64,000 nt of DNA from a virus. Of this stretch, positions 19,070 through 28,145 are shown piece by piece. Made by a program: the position numbers and the translations under genes. The notes below the pieces were generated by a model, which did no database searches, had not been told where the DNA came from, and saw only the letters and a list, made by a program, of their open reading frames with translations. Positions within the stretch are counted from its first letter, which is position 1; every line of letters begins with the position of its first letter. Where the stretch lies: the IMG/VR virus record IMGVR_UViG_3300027967_000093. One strand, written 5' to 3'.

Positions 19070-19727
19070 AGCAAATCTGGTTGCTATAAGTAAACCTAAT
19101 GTGGGTGTGACAGGGTGTTGGGATGCGAATGAACTAATCGCATATACTGCACGTGTGTCTAATCCTACAAATCAAAATAACAGTGAGACCGCACCTAAAC
19201 TATTGCGGTATCTTGCAAAACACCAACATTGGTCACCGTTTGAAATGGTGCACATGACCCTTGAAATCAAAACAACTCGAGATATCTCACGTCAGATTCT
19301 TCGTCATCGTTCGTTTTCATTTCAAGAGTTCTCTCAACGGTATGCGGTTAGTGAAGAGTTCTCTACACGTGAACCACGTCTACAGGATGAGAAGAACCGT
19401 CAGGCATCTAATGAGACTGATGACCAACATATCCATCATGAGTGGATGCACGCTCAGAGTCGGGTTCGTTGGATGGCTCAGAAAGAGTATGAGAAAGCAC
19501 TCGATATGGGTATTGCAAAAGAACAGGCACGTGCGTTACTGCCCGAAGGTCTGACCGATACTACATTGTACATGGCAGGGAGTCTGCGTTCGTGGATTCA
19601 CTATTGTAAGTTGCGTATGGGTATCGAGACTCAGAAGGAACATCGTATAGTTGCAGAACAATGTTGGGAACATGTTAAGGTACATTTCCCAGATATAGCA
19701 GAGGCGGTGATGAATGAAAGCGAATAA
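19062..19727 (+). CDS. thyX: FAD-dependent thymidylate synthase
   Basis: HQHWSPFE, RQILRHRSFSFQEFSQRY, KEQARALLP, QKEHR. Confidence 0.96.
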   Translation: MSEANLVAISKPNVGVTGCWDANELIAYTARVSNPTNQNNSETAPKLLRYLAKHQHWSPFEMVHMTLEIKTTRDISRQILRHRSFSFQEFSQRYAVSEEFSTREPRLQDEKNRQASNETDDQHIHHEWMHAQSRVRWMAQKEYEKALDMGIAKEQARALLPEGLTDTTLYMAGSLRSWIHYCKLRMGIETQKEHRIVAEQCWEHVKVHFPDIAEAVMNESE

Positions 19728-19902
19728 GACTTATACATGTCCTATTGTTGAAGATGATGATGGACAATTGTGTATTGAATTTAATGATGAGATAATGGAA
19801 TCGCTTGACTTGAAGGTAGGTGATGTGGTAAAATGGGAACTTCATACAAATGGTTCATGGATTTTAAATAAAAAGGTAGGAGAAGAAAATGAAGAAGAAT
19901 GA
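19714..19902 (+). CDS. AbrB/MazE-like small DNA-binding protein
   Basis: DGQLCIEF..EIMESLDLKVGDVVKW swapped-hairpin pattern. Confidence 0.55.
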   Translation: MKANKTYTCPIVEDDDGQLCIEFNDEIMESLDLKVGDVVKWELHTNGSWILNKKVGEENEEE

Positions 19903-20158
19903 TATTGTTACAATAATGACGGGTGTGGGTGAGTATATCGCTCGACTAGACCGAATTGATGCTGGTTCTATTCATGTACAAGACCCACGTCTAATCGTGA
20001 AGAGTCCGGATGGTCAGATTGGTTTTGGTCGTGGTGTGTGTATGTCTGCGGTCGAGAACCCAAAGACCTTGACATTTACCGATGTCATCTTTGTGGTACC
20101 AACCAATGAGTCTTTCGAGAAGGCTTGGATTGAGGCCACTAGTGGTATTATCGTATAA
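19889..20158 (+). CDS. hypothetical protein (small beta-barrel, Sm-like)
   Basis: DIVTI..GVGEYIARL...VQDPR. Confidence 0.6.
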   Translation: MKKNDIVTIMTGVGEYIARLDRIDAGSIHVQDPRLIVKSPDGQIGFGRGVCMSAVENPKTLTFTDVIFVVPTNESFEKAWIEATSGIIV

Positions 20159-20354
20159 GAGACATCTTGCAAAGGCGGTTACTTGGCGCATAATTGCGTC
20201 AGTGACCACTGCGGGTATTGCACTATTCTTCGGTCTACCGATGAAAGCGGTTGGTGCAGTATTCTTTGCAGATTTGGTTATTAAGTTTGTTATGTACTAT
20301 GGTCATGAAAGATTATGGTACAACCATATCAGATACGGAATAAGTGATGAGTGA
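20142..20354 (+). CDS. DUF2061-like membrane protein
   Basis: RHLAKAVTWRIIAS...YYGHERLW. Confidence 0.75.
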   Translation: MVLSYKRHLAKAVTWRIIASVTTAGIALFFGLPMKAVGAVFFADLVIKFVMYYGHERLWYNHIRYGISDE

Positions 20355-21012
20355 AGTTGTAATTCGGAACAAAGAACTACTAAAGACCCTTGATGGTTTT
20401 GTCGAGGACTTCTTTAGTCGCGACTATTCCAATCCTGACTTTCATGTATACAGTGAAGAAGAAGATAAGACCAACGGTGAATACTTTTGTTCCAAGGAAT
20501 ACTTGACAAACTGTTTATCACGTGATACACTGGTTGGTGTACCGGATAGACATTTTGCACAACCTATCTCTAAGATGGTTCGACATGACCCTTCTTGGAA
20601 AGATTATATGCAACGTGTCAAGTACGACTTTGCAGCAGAGATTGGTGCACATACATCCGCACTGTTATCCTACTATCCGCCAGGCGGATTCGTGGGATGG
20701 CACACTAATTATGATGCATCTGCTTATCAGGTACTATTCACTTGGTCTAGGAGTGGTAATGGATACTTCAAGTACCGTGACAATGATACAGGTGAGATTG
20801 TAACTATTCAGGATGTCGCAGGATGGCAGTGTAGACACTTCTACTTTGCACCCGAAGATGAACCTGAGAACTTATGTTGGCATTCTGCGTATGCAGGAGA
20901 AGACAGAATTACCCTCGCATACAAGTTTTGCGGGTATGGAAGAAGTGACCCTCGTGACCAACAGGCTCGAGATTTACGTGATTTACTAATTGAGGATATA
21001 GAAACAGAATGA
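20344..21012 (+). CDS. hypothetical protein, double-stranded beta-helix/oxygenase-like
   Basis: YYPPGGFVGWHTN...CWHSAY...RITL. Confidence 0.55.
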   Translation: MMSEVVIRNKELLKTLDGFVEDFFSRDYSNPDFHVYSEEEDKTNGEYFCSKEYLTNCLSRDTLVGVPDRHFAQPISKMVRHDPSWKDYMQRVKYDFAAEIGAHTSALLSYYPPGGFVGWHTNYDASAYQVLFTWSRSGNGYFKYRDNDTGEIVTIQDVAGWQCRHFYFAPEDEPENLCWHSAYAGEDRITLAYKFCGYGRSDPRDQQARDLRDLLIEDIETE

Positions 21013-21254
21013 TTACATTGACCCCCGAAGATAAAAAGAAAGTTGCAGGTGCGATTAAAGAACTATCTGATAGTATGACTCGCATTGATGCAGAGAAAGA
21101 TTTGATGAAAGATATCGTCCAAGTTACTTTTGAGAATCATGGTGTGGATAAGAAACACATCCGCAAACTTGCTACGATTTATCACAAAGCAAACATGGCA
21201 GAAGTTCGTACCGAGTACGAAGACCTTGAAGCATTATATGAGGAGTTGTTCTAA
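21009..21254 (+). CDS. dsbA: double-stranded DNA-binding protein DsbA-like
   Basis: AIKELSDSMTRIDAEKD...RKLATIYHK. Confidence 0.65.
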   Translation: MITLTPEDKKKVAGAIKELSDSMTRIDAEKDLMKDIVQVTFENHGVDKKHIRKLATIYHKANMAEVRTEYEDLEALYEELF

Positions 21255-21757
21255 TGGCTGGTTCAGAATATTATGGAGATGTTACCGTAGGTGGTCGCAG
21301 TCTGAATGATGCGACTCCTGCCGAGTGGGATAAGGCATATGAGAACACTAAATTGTCTGTAGATGATATCACCTATGTTGACAATAATCCTCCTTTGTCC
21401 GATGATTGGAAGGTGTTTTCGGACACGTATCAATTCAATACATTCAATCCAAATGATTATAATCCTCGTATTGAATATAAGTTCCGTGAAGGTGAGTTGA
21501 TTCAAGAACTACAGTCATACATCGATAAGACATATGACCAACACTATGCCGGTGGTAAGATTCAGGCAACCGAAGACATCATTGATGACGGTCATGGTAC
21601 AGGTTTCTGTATCGGTAATGCGAAGAAGTATCTGAAACGTTATGGTAAGAAAGGTGAGACTCCTGCCGAGTGGCGTAAAGACATCATCAAAGTATTGCAC
21701 TATGGTTTAATTCAACTTTACATACATGACTTGGAACATGGGAATAATACTTTATAA
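21254..21757 (+). CDS. DUF3310-like protein
   Basis: TYDQHY, GFCIGNAKKYLKRYGKK, DIIKVLHY. Confidence 0.65.
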   Translation: MAGSEYYGDVTVGGRSLNDATPAEWDKAYENTKLSVDDITYVDNNPPLSDDWKVFSDTYQFNTFNPNDYNPRIEYKFREGELIQELQSYIDKTYDQHYAGGKIQATEDIIDDGHGTGFCIGNAKKYLKRYGKKGETPAEWRKDIIKVLHYGLIQLYIHDLEHGNNTL

Positions 21758-22520
21758 CGGTGATTCCTTTACATACGGTGATGAGTTAGACGGTAGTCGA
21801 AACACTGAAGGTGAAGACTACCATCATCACCACACGTATGCATACAAACTATCGGACATGTTAGGTAAGAAGTATGTAAACCTCGCGGCCAACGGTTCGT
21901 CCAACACCAAGATATTTCGAACTACCCTTGACTTCCTCCAGAAAGATGACCGAGACATTGACCTCTTGGTTATCACATGGAGTAGTTGGGGTAGGTTTGA
22001 GATATGTGAACCCTTTCGTCTTGAGTCGGATAAAAATATAAACATCCCTCAAGAATGTAATATGAATCAGGTCATTCCATTCCATGGTTCCTCTTCTTTG
22101 AGATGGGAGATTGGAGATGATGCACACCCCGAACGAACTGATATTCTAAGACTATATACTGAAAAAGTATTATCTATGCACACTCAGATTGTCCACGGTA
22201 TGATGTACATGAAACATATACAGTGGTTGTGTGACCAGTTAGGGATTAAAGTGGTTCAGGGTGTTATACACGGTGACCTATACAAGAACATCTTGAGCAC
22301 TATGAAGAGTGATGGTTATTCTGACTATAAATCTGAAATGATAGATTCTCTTGATTATCTGAGACCCGAGTGTAAAATTGGGTTGGGATACTATACAGAC
22401 ATTTTTAGTCTTTCGTATAATGTGGGAACTGTCAAACCTATGGGTCACGCGGATGAGGTGGCTCATACCGAGTATGCAAATATGATACATCAAATTTCAA
22501 AAAGAAGAAGGTGGTTTTGA
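21738..22520 (+). CDS. SGNH/GDSL hydrolase-like protein
   Basis: NGDSFTYG, NLAANGSSN, GHADEVAH. Confidence 0.7.
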   Translation: MGIILYNGDSFTYGDELDGSRNTEGEDYHHHHTYAYKLSDMLGKKYVNLAANGSSNTKIFRTTLDFLQKDDRDIDLLVITWSSWGRFEICEPFRLESDKNINIPQECNMNQVIPFHGSSSLRWEIGDDAHPERTDILRLYTEKVLSMHTQIVHGMMYMKHIQWLCDQLGIKVVQGVIHGDLYKNILSTMKSDGYSDYKSEMIDSLDYLRPECKIGLGYYTDIFSLSYNVGTVKPMGHADEVAHTEYANMIHQISKRRRWF

Positions 22521-23284
22521 TGTTATTGACTAATGGGTGTAGTTTTGTTTGGGGAGATGAATTGGATGGTTATGACCAAGAACCTCCTACCCATGACGAA
22601 CACACATTCACATATAAATTAGCAAAGTCTATGGATATGCCCCATATTAATCTAGCGACTTGTGGTGCGTGTAATTCTAAGATATTTCGAGATACCACGG
22701 ACTATCTCAGAACATGCAAAGAACTTCCTACCCATATTGTAATACTATGGTCTGCGTGGCAGAGAGAAGAGGTCGCAGAAAATCATGTCGCAGATTATGA
22801 GACTGTTCGTAATATCAAAAGATATCAGTGTATGACTCAGATATCTCCCTCTAGGTTAAACAACCTTAAACCAGAACTCGAAAAGGTAATGGATCAGTAC
22901 TATGATTACTATGATGTTACAAGAACGGGTATACTTCGAACTCTAAACTATATGACTCATATGCAATGGTTGTGTGACCAACTTGGTATCAAACTTATAC
23001 AGGGAGTCTTCCACGAAAGAATGTGGGAAGGATTACTAGAGACTATGAAACCTAGATATCGCAAGACCGAGGCACCTTGGACAAACTGGATGAACTATGT
23101 CGAAGACTCCCTTGGTGCATTAAAGGACACTAGTCGTATAGGTCTAGGGAAACATATAGATTTCTTCGGATTCGCTATGAAGGGTTATACTATTAGACCA
23201 CACGGTCACCCTGACGAAGACGCGCATACCGGATATGCAGTTCTTCTTGAACACCTATTTAACACACGATTTAAGAATACATAA
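22520..23284 (+). CDS. SGNH/GDSL hydrolase-like protein (tandem paralog)
   Basis: NGCSFVWG, NLATCGACN, GHPDEDAH; shares QWLCDQLGIK with the upstream gene. Confidence 0.7.
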   Translation: MLLTNGCSFVWGDELDGYDQEPPTHDEHTFTYKLAKSMDMPHINLATCGACNSKIFRDTTDYLRTCKELPTHIVILWSAWQREEVAENHVADYETVRNIKRYQCMTQISPSRLNNLKPELEKVMDQYYDYYDVTRTGILRTLNYMTHMQWLCDQLGIKLIQGVFHERMWEGLLETMKPRYRKTEAPWTNWMNYVEDSLGALKDTSRIGLGKHIDFFGFAMKGYTIRPHGHPDEDAHTGYAVLLEHLFNTRFKNT

Positions 23285-23961
23285 TGAAAAATATTATCCT
23301 ACAACACTGGTCTGGAGAACTCAACGAACTAGCCAAACTCTCATCTAAGAGTATCTCTGAGTACGCTGAGATGGTCGGTGCGGACTATGAACTTGTATTG
23401 GGAGACCAATTCACTTCTTTGTCTGTGAGACCAGAACTACAGAAACTACTCATGTTAGATGAGAGATGGGATGACTATGACAATCTCGTTATGGTCGATG
23501 CCGATATGTTTGTTCGTAAGGGTTGTTCTGAAAACATTTTTGAGTGTGAAGGTATAGGTAGGCATACCGAGATTCAAACTAAACTACGTGCAGGTATTGC
23601 GAAAACATTAGGTGTTGTTTGGGGCAATGAAGGTGCACCTTACTGGGGTGGTTCTATCTACAAACTCACACGAGAACAACGTAGGAAGTTTCGTAGTGTA
23701 CTGACCGATAATATCGTGTTGCAGTATAAACAGAACTGGGTCGATGAAGGTGTCATGCACACTCTCGCACATAAACTTGGGATGTCCCACACACAGAAGG
23801 GTAACTATCTCGATGGACAAATGTGGAACTACTCTTCGTTCGAACCAGATGTTGAACGTGCAAACTTTATACATATAAGGACAAAGGTCACTCCCCAAGG
23901 CCCTAAACGACAGAAGATTGAGAATTATAGAGAGTTGGTTGAACGCGGACTGATTAAATAA
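23284..23961 (+). CDS. GT-A glycosyltransferase (paralog family A)
   Basis: ILQHW, YAEMVGADY, YDNLVMVDAD, DEGVMH. Confidence 0.65.
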   Translation: MKNIILQHWSGELNELAKLSSKSISEYAEMVGADYELVLGDQFTSLSVRPELQKLLMLDERWDDYDNLVMVDADMFVRKGCSENIFECEGIGRHTEIQTKLRAGIAKTLGVVWGNEGAPYWGGSIYKLTREQRRKFRSVLTDNIVLQYKQNWVDEGVMHTLAHKLGMSHTQKGNYLDGQMWNYSSFEPDVERANFIHIRTKVTPQGPKRQKIENYRELVERGLIK

Positions 23962-23985
23962 TACTCTACTTAAAAAGTTAAATCG

Positions 23986-24024
23986 TATAAATACCCATGT
24001 TAACGAATTAAAACATGGGTATTT
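23986..24024 (+). promoter_or_regulatory. late promoter embedded in a 13-bp hairpin
   Basis: TATAAATA 23986-23993; AAATACCCATGTT (23989-24001) / AACATGGGTATTT (24012-24024) plus T tract. Confidence 0.75.
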
Positions 24025-24028
24025 TTTT

Positions 24029-24604
24029 ATGCAACGAATGATAATAATAACAAGTGCATTACTTTTATTTTCGTCAATGGCGTTCTCTCAAGAAGTAGAA
24101 CCTGTAGACGATACGATTAGAACAGATTCAACTACAAACAGCACAGTGACCTCGAAGTCAGACTCAACGACAACCTTGAAGTCACCTCCTCCTAGTGCTA
24201 TTAGTCCGACTATCAATACGTCTAACTCAGACTTATGTACGTTCGGTGTAGCGGGTGCGGTTCAAACGCAAATCCTCGGTATCTCAATGGGTACTCAGGT
24301 AACAGACCTCAACTGTGAACGACTCAAGAATTCTAAGACCCTATATGATATGGGTATGAAGGTGGCTGCGGTATCAGTAATGTGTCAGGACAAACGAGTC
24401 TTTGATGCGATGATGAATGCAGGAACACCTTGTCCATATGACGGGATGATTGGTGAAGATGCAAAACTTGCGTGGCAGGCAGCATCTGAATTAGACAAAC
24501 CCCAAGACGGTAAAGAAAAAGATAAGGAAATGAGTAAAGATGAAAAGACTCTTGTGGGTGGCGCTAGTGTTGCTAGTTTGTTACTCCTCTTACTCTTACT
24601 CTGA
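24029..24604 (+). CDS. exported protein with C-terminal membrane anchor
   Basis: Signal peptide ...SSMAFS/Q, Ser/Thr-rich linker, 4 Cys, terminal LLLLLLL. Confidence 0.75.
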   Translation: MQRMIIITSALLLFSSMAFSQEVEPVDDTIRTDSTTNSTVTSKSDSTTTLKSPPPSAISPTINTSNSDLCTFGVAGAVQTQILGISMGTQVTDLNCERLKNSKTLYDMGMKVAAVSVMCQDKRVFDAMMNAGTPCPYDGMIGEDAKLAWQAASELDKPQDGKEKDKEMSKDEKTLVGGASVASLLLLLLLL

Positions 24605-25436
24605 GACTGTTAACGGTACCACAGGTAACGCTGCGGATATAGGTTATAATTGGGTAATGCAAAATATCCTGCCTCAACAGGCGGGACTGGAAGTGACGGG
24701 TATCTTTTATCAATATACCGCAGTGAAAGACCCTAATAGTGATATGGTCGTTTATGTTCAGAACGAGGATGCACGTAACGAAGGACAGTATATATTTCGA
24801 GAAGTGGATGACTGGTCTCAGAAACCAGGCAGGACAATACGAAAGTTGTTACCTCAACCTAATGTGTTGATTGACCGTTGGGGTGATGGTTCGATAGAAG
24901 TAGAGGGTGAAGGTACGGTAGAGGATGCACTGGTCACATACGATTATAGGTATGACCCATGTTTTGACCCTCAGAGTGACCCTTCTTGTCCCAATTATGT
25001 ACAACCTATTCCGGATATACCCGAAGTGGATTTGAATGCACTGTATGAACAGGAAGATAGATTCATACAGGAAAATGAAGAAAATAAGAAAGTCGATAAA
25101 GACGAAGAAGAAGAAAAAGAAAGAGATAGAAAAAAGGCGGTTCTACAGAAGAAACGTGAACGTCTAGAGATTACACTTGGTGCAGTAAACTCGGAATTAC
25201 TTACCGAGGGTGCACAAGAAAAACATACACAACTTATGGCGTTGAGTATCATACCTTCGACATACGTTAATGCTTCAATTGATGGTGGTTCATATGAAGA
25301 ACCATTTGCATTGAAGGATAAAAACTTACCGGACAATAAGTCGGGAAGGCGAGTAGGATTGATGCAACAACTTTTGCATGAGCAGATGGTTGAACAACAG
25401 TATGTTAAAAACAACAATAATAAAGGGGAACAATAA
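24540..25436 (+). CDS. exported protein (beta domain, CFDPQSDPSC motif, charged coiled coil)
   Basis: Signal peptide MKRLLWVALVLLV... Confidence 0.75.
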   Translation: MKRLLWVALVLLVCYSSYSYSETVNGTTGNAADIGYNWVMQNILPQQAGLEVTGIFYQYTAVKDPNSDMVVYVQNEDARNEGQYIFREVDDWSQKPGRTIRKLLPQPNVLIDRWGDGSIEVEGEGTVEDALVTYDYRYDPCFDPQSDPSCPNYVQPIPDIPEVDLNALYEQEDRFIQENEENKKVDKDEEEEKERDRKKAVLQKKRERLEITLGAVNSELLTEGAQEKHTQLMALSIIPSTYVNASIDGGSYEEPFALKDKNLPDNKSGRRVGLMQQLLHEQMVEQQYVKNNNNKGEQ

Positions 25437-25939
25437 TGTTCAAGAAAATGTTTATGCTATATGTATTCTGTACGGGTTCTGCGGTTGCAACTGCCGCTGT
25501 TGACGTACCGATTACAGGTAATATTGAATCTAAGTGTGTTATCACTACAGACACTCCTGGCGTCTACGGTAACCCTACTTCAGATAGATTAAGTACAGAT
25601 CCACAGGACGGTGGTGTGTTACCAATCATCCGTTATGATATAATCGAAGCGGACTCGTACAAGGCGCAAGTATCTTGGCCTGACAGTTTTACTACATCTC
25701 CCAACTTGAATGATGTGGTAAACTGGACTGGTGATGTTGAACTTACTGACGTGTCAGATGCGAACATGTCTGACTTTGAAACTAACAAAGTTCAGTGGAA
25801 CAATGTTACAGAGTATGACTTGACAATTTCAGGTTCTGCATGGTTCAAGGTAAGTTCTGTTGCAGAGTACGGTTTTGGTAAGTCATTTCCTGGCGGTACG
25901 TACCGTTCTATAATCCTTGCGGAATGTATAGCGAAGTAA
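25436..25939 (+). CDS. exported fimbrial/pilin-like subunit
   Basis: Signal peptide ...AVATA/A, N-terminal VPITGNIESKCVI strand, C-terminal PGGTY...C. Confidence 0.55.
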   Translation: MFKKMFMLYVFCTGSAVATAAVDVPITGNIESKCVITTDTPGVYGNPTSDRLSTDPQDGGVLPIIRYDIIEADSYKAQVSWPDSFTTSPNLNDVVNWTGDVELTDVSDANMSDFETNKVQWNNVTEYDLTISGSAWFKVSSVAEYGFGKSFPGGTYRSIILAECIAK

Positions 25940-25942
25940 TCT

Positions 25943-26320
25943 ATGCGTTTTGTTATGATTATAAGTATCCTTATGATTAGTTGGAGTTCTCTCGCGCATG
26001 AGTGGACTCCAACTTATCCGGAACTCCGACCATCATATGTGGAAGGAATTTTGACGACCAAGATGAATATATTCAATGGTCGAAAGGGTATTCGTTATTA
26101 TCAAATATCGGTGTGGGATAAGGACTGGAATTCAGTTAAATTTGCTACTGAAAGTAAAATTGTGCAGGTGAACTACCTACAACGAAAAACTATTAATGTG
26201 TATATACGTGAACAAGACGTAGAGAAAGCGGTGTATATTTGTAGTCGGTCTAAGATTCTTTCTAATGACGAGAAGGCCACAGTACTTTCCTCTAGGATAT
26301 GTTCCAAGGTGAAAGGTTAG
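25943..26320 (+). CDS. exported PapD/pilus-chaperone-like Ig domain
   Basis: Signal peptide ...SSLA/HE, TP near the mature N-terminus, alternating beta pattern, CS...C pair. Confidence 0.45.
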   Translation: MRFVMIISILMISWSSLAHEWTPTYPELRPSYVEGILTTKMNIFNGRKGIRYYQISVWDKDWNSVKFATESKIVQVNYLQRKTINVYIREQDVEKAVYICSRSKILSNDEKATVLSSRICSKVKG

Positions 26321-26748
26321 TGAAATATTTTATATTGATGTTAATAATGGTTAGTTGGGTTGCGAGAGCAGACAACAGTTCTCTTAATTTAAACATACCG
26401 ACATCACCACAGAGTTATGCATCCGACCAGTTTAGGGCGGGTGATATGGACTGTAGACAAGCAATTGGTTCGTCTACCAATGTTGAGTTTGGGGTAGTGG
26501 GTGTTCTTAATCAAAACGACCCATATGCTAATATACAGTTTGACCCCAATAGAATGAACGATGACTATGTTAAAGACGTTGGCGTATATGCACGAATTAC
26601 TATACCAATTGGTGCACCCAAACAACGTATGGACTGTAATGCACTGTTCAAGTTGGAATTGGAAAGACGAAGACTAGAAGTCTTGAAATTACAACAAGAG
26701 ATTACAAACCTGCGTAGATTGAAGTTCGAAGATGAGGATGACAACTAA
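26320..26748 (+). CDS. exported protein with C-terminal coiled coil
   Basis: Signal peptide ...VARA/D, 2 Cys, LELERRRLEVLKLQQEI. Confidence 0.7.
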   Translation: MKYFILMLIMVSWVARADNSSLNLNIPTSPQSYASDQFRAGDMDCRQAIGSSTNVEFGVVGVLNQNDPYANIQFDPNRMNDDYVKDVGVYARITIPIGAPKQRMDCNALFKLELERRRLEVLKLQQEITNLRRLKFEDEDDN

Positions 26749-27293
26749 TGTCAGATAAAGATTTAGGTGAAATCACCGAGAATTTAGAAGAAGGTCTTGA
26801 GAACCTTCAACACAAAGAGTTTCGTATTGCGGGTATCAAGATGACACCTGCAACTATCATGGGTGCGTTTGCATTGGTCGGTTCTATCCTTGGTACATTG
26901 TACGGCGGATTCGAAACCTACAAGGCATTCCAAGAGATGTCCGAGAAACTCGATGCAATGGATATCGAAGCGGTCGAGGCACGTAATGTTTCAATCGAAC
27001 GTAAACTGGACGATGCAATCGACTATACCCGTGACATCAAGAACTCTCTACGAGACGACATCATTCGCGTAGAACAGGTCGCAGAACGTTCTAGCAATCG
27101 TGTCAAGGATATCCAAGACGATATCGATGAAAGACTCCGAGAAGTTTCAGACCTGAGTAGAGAGACCGAGAAAGATGTTCGGGACTCGATAAGGAAGGCC
27201 GAAGACCGTATTGAAATGAAGATGGAAAAACTAGATAAAGACCTCCGAGACACCCTACAGAAAGCACTAGACAATCCCCTCTCGGATACCTAA
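26748..27293 (+). CDS. single-TM coiled-coil protein
   Basis: TM IMGAFALVGSILGTLYGGF followed by a long heptad-rich region. Confidence 0.75.
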   Translation: MSDKDLGEITENLEEGLENLQHKEFRIAGIKMTPATIMGAFALVGSILGTLYGGFETYKAFQEMSEKLDAMDIEAVEARNVSIERKLDDAIDYTRDIKNSLRDDIIRVEQVAERSSNRVKDIQDDIDERLREVSDLSRETEKDVRDSIRKAEDRIEMKMEKLDKDLRDTLQKALDNPLSDT

Positions 27294-27374
27294 TCCCCCT
27301 ACCTTGGGATCGTGACCTGAGTATGTCCCCAAACTGCTCCTTTCCTTATAATAAAATAATCTAAAAAAACCCCC

Positions 27375-27403
27375 TTGACATTCTCCCCTTACTGTGGTAT
27401 ACT
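27375..27403 (+). promoter_or_regulatory. sigma70-type promoter with no adjacent ORF
   Basis: TTGACA-17-TATACT with extended -10 TG; A-rich upstream region. Confidence 0.7.
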
Positions 27404-27498
27404 AAGCCTTATCCAGTCGGGGAGGGTGATTATACCTTTCCGTTATATCAAACCCCATAAAAGTGTTAAAAAAGTCTAAAAGAATCAGCTGATAAGTG

Positions 27499-27527
27499 TT
27501 GACTTCTTGTTATGATTATGAGATAAT
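27499..27527 (+). promoter_or_regulatory. phage early promoter, copy 1 of 9
   Basis: TTGACTTCTTGTTATGATTATGAGATAAT (TTGACT-17-GATAAT). Confidence 0.85.
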
Positions 27528-27558
27528 GGTTACCTAATTGATTGAGAGAGTATAAATT

Positions 27559-27876
27559 ATGACTGCATTTGTTAAAGAGAACTTCACTTGGGACGGTATG
27601 TACCTTATGTATCAAGGTGAGTTCGAAGGTTCACGTACTATGGAAGAAGTATCTCCGAACTGTCACCCATCTTGGCACGGTAAGCCAGAACGTACTTTCA
27701 TTGCACGATTCAAGTACGGTTCTAAACCTTGGAAATCTTGGGTCAACTTCCTAGTGAAAAATGTAAATATTGAAGACTATATTCAGTTGTCTGGAAATAC
27801 TACTCCACTGGATGCAATGAAAACCCTTGGTTTCAAACCACGTAAGAAAAAGACTGTAAGGTACTGGAGTTATTAA
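27559..27876 (+). CDS. early hypothetical protein
   Basis: ORF after promoter copy 1 with GAGAGAG leader. Confidence 0.75.
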   Translation: MTAFVKENFTWDGMYLMYQGEFEGSRTMEEVSPNCHPSWHGKPERTFIARFKYGSKPWKSWVNFLVKNVNIEDYIQLSGNTTPLDAMKTLGFKPRKKKTVRYWSY

Positions 27877-27943
27877 GACTTCGGTTCTTATGAAAAAATG
27901 TTCTAAAGAAGGTGTTGACTTCTTGTTATGATTATGAGATAAT
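27853..27943 (+). repeat. ~91-bp direct repeat, copy A (UUCG hairpin + early promoter copy 2)
   Basis: Near-identical to 28123-28213; AAGACTTCGGTTCTT hairpin; TTGACT 27915, GATAAT 27938. Confidence 0.9.
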
Positions 27944-27974
27944 GGTTACCTAATTGAGTTGAGAGGTGTTTGTT

Positions 27975-28145
27975 ATGACTTTATCTTTTGAATGTGTTAC
28001 CCAAAACTATCCATCAACAATTGGTATGGCGGTAGGTTCTACCGTTATCGTGCGGGACGTTCCCGCTTCATCTAATCCTAACGGGGTCACCACCCTAGAG
28101 GTAAAACGTCTGACCGAAGAGTACTGTAAGGTAGGGGAGTTATAA
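27975..28145 (+). CDS. early hypothetical protein (56 aa)
   Basis: Manual ORF MTLSFECVTQNYPS...CKVGEL with GAGGTG SD. Confidence 0.65.
   Translation: MTLSFECVTQNYPSTIGMAVGSTVIVRDVPASSNPNGVTTLEVKRLTEEYCKVGEL

Noticed and set aside
19714-20158. AbrB/MazE-like gene plus neighbour as a toxin-antitoxin pair
   Set aside because: The downstream ORF shows no MazF, PIN or RelE motifs, and both genes are embedded in a coupled core operon.
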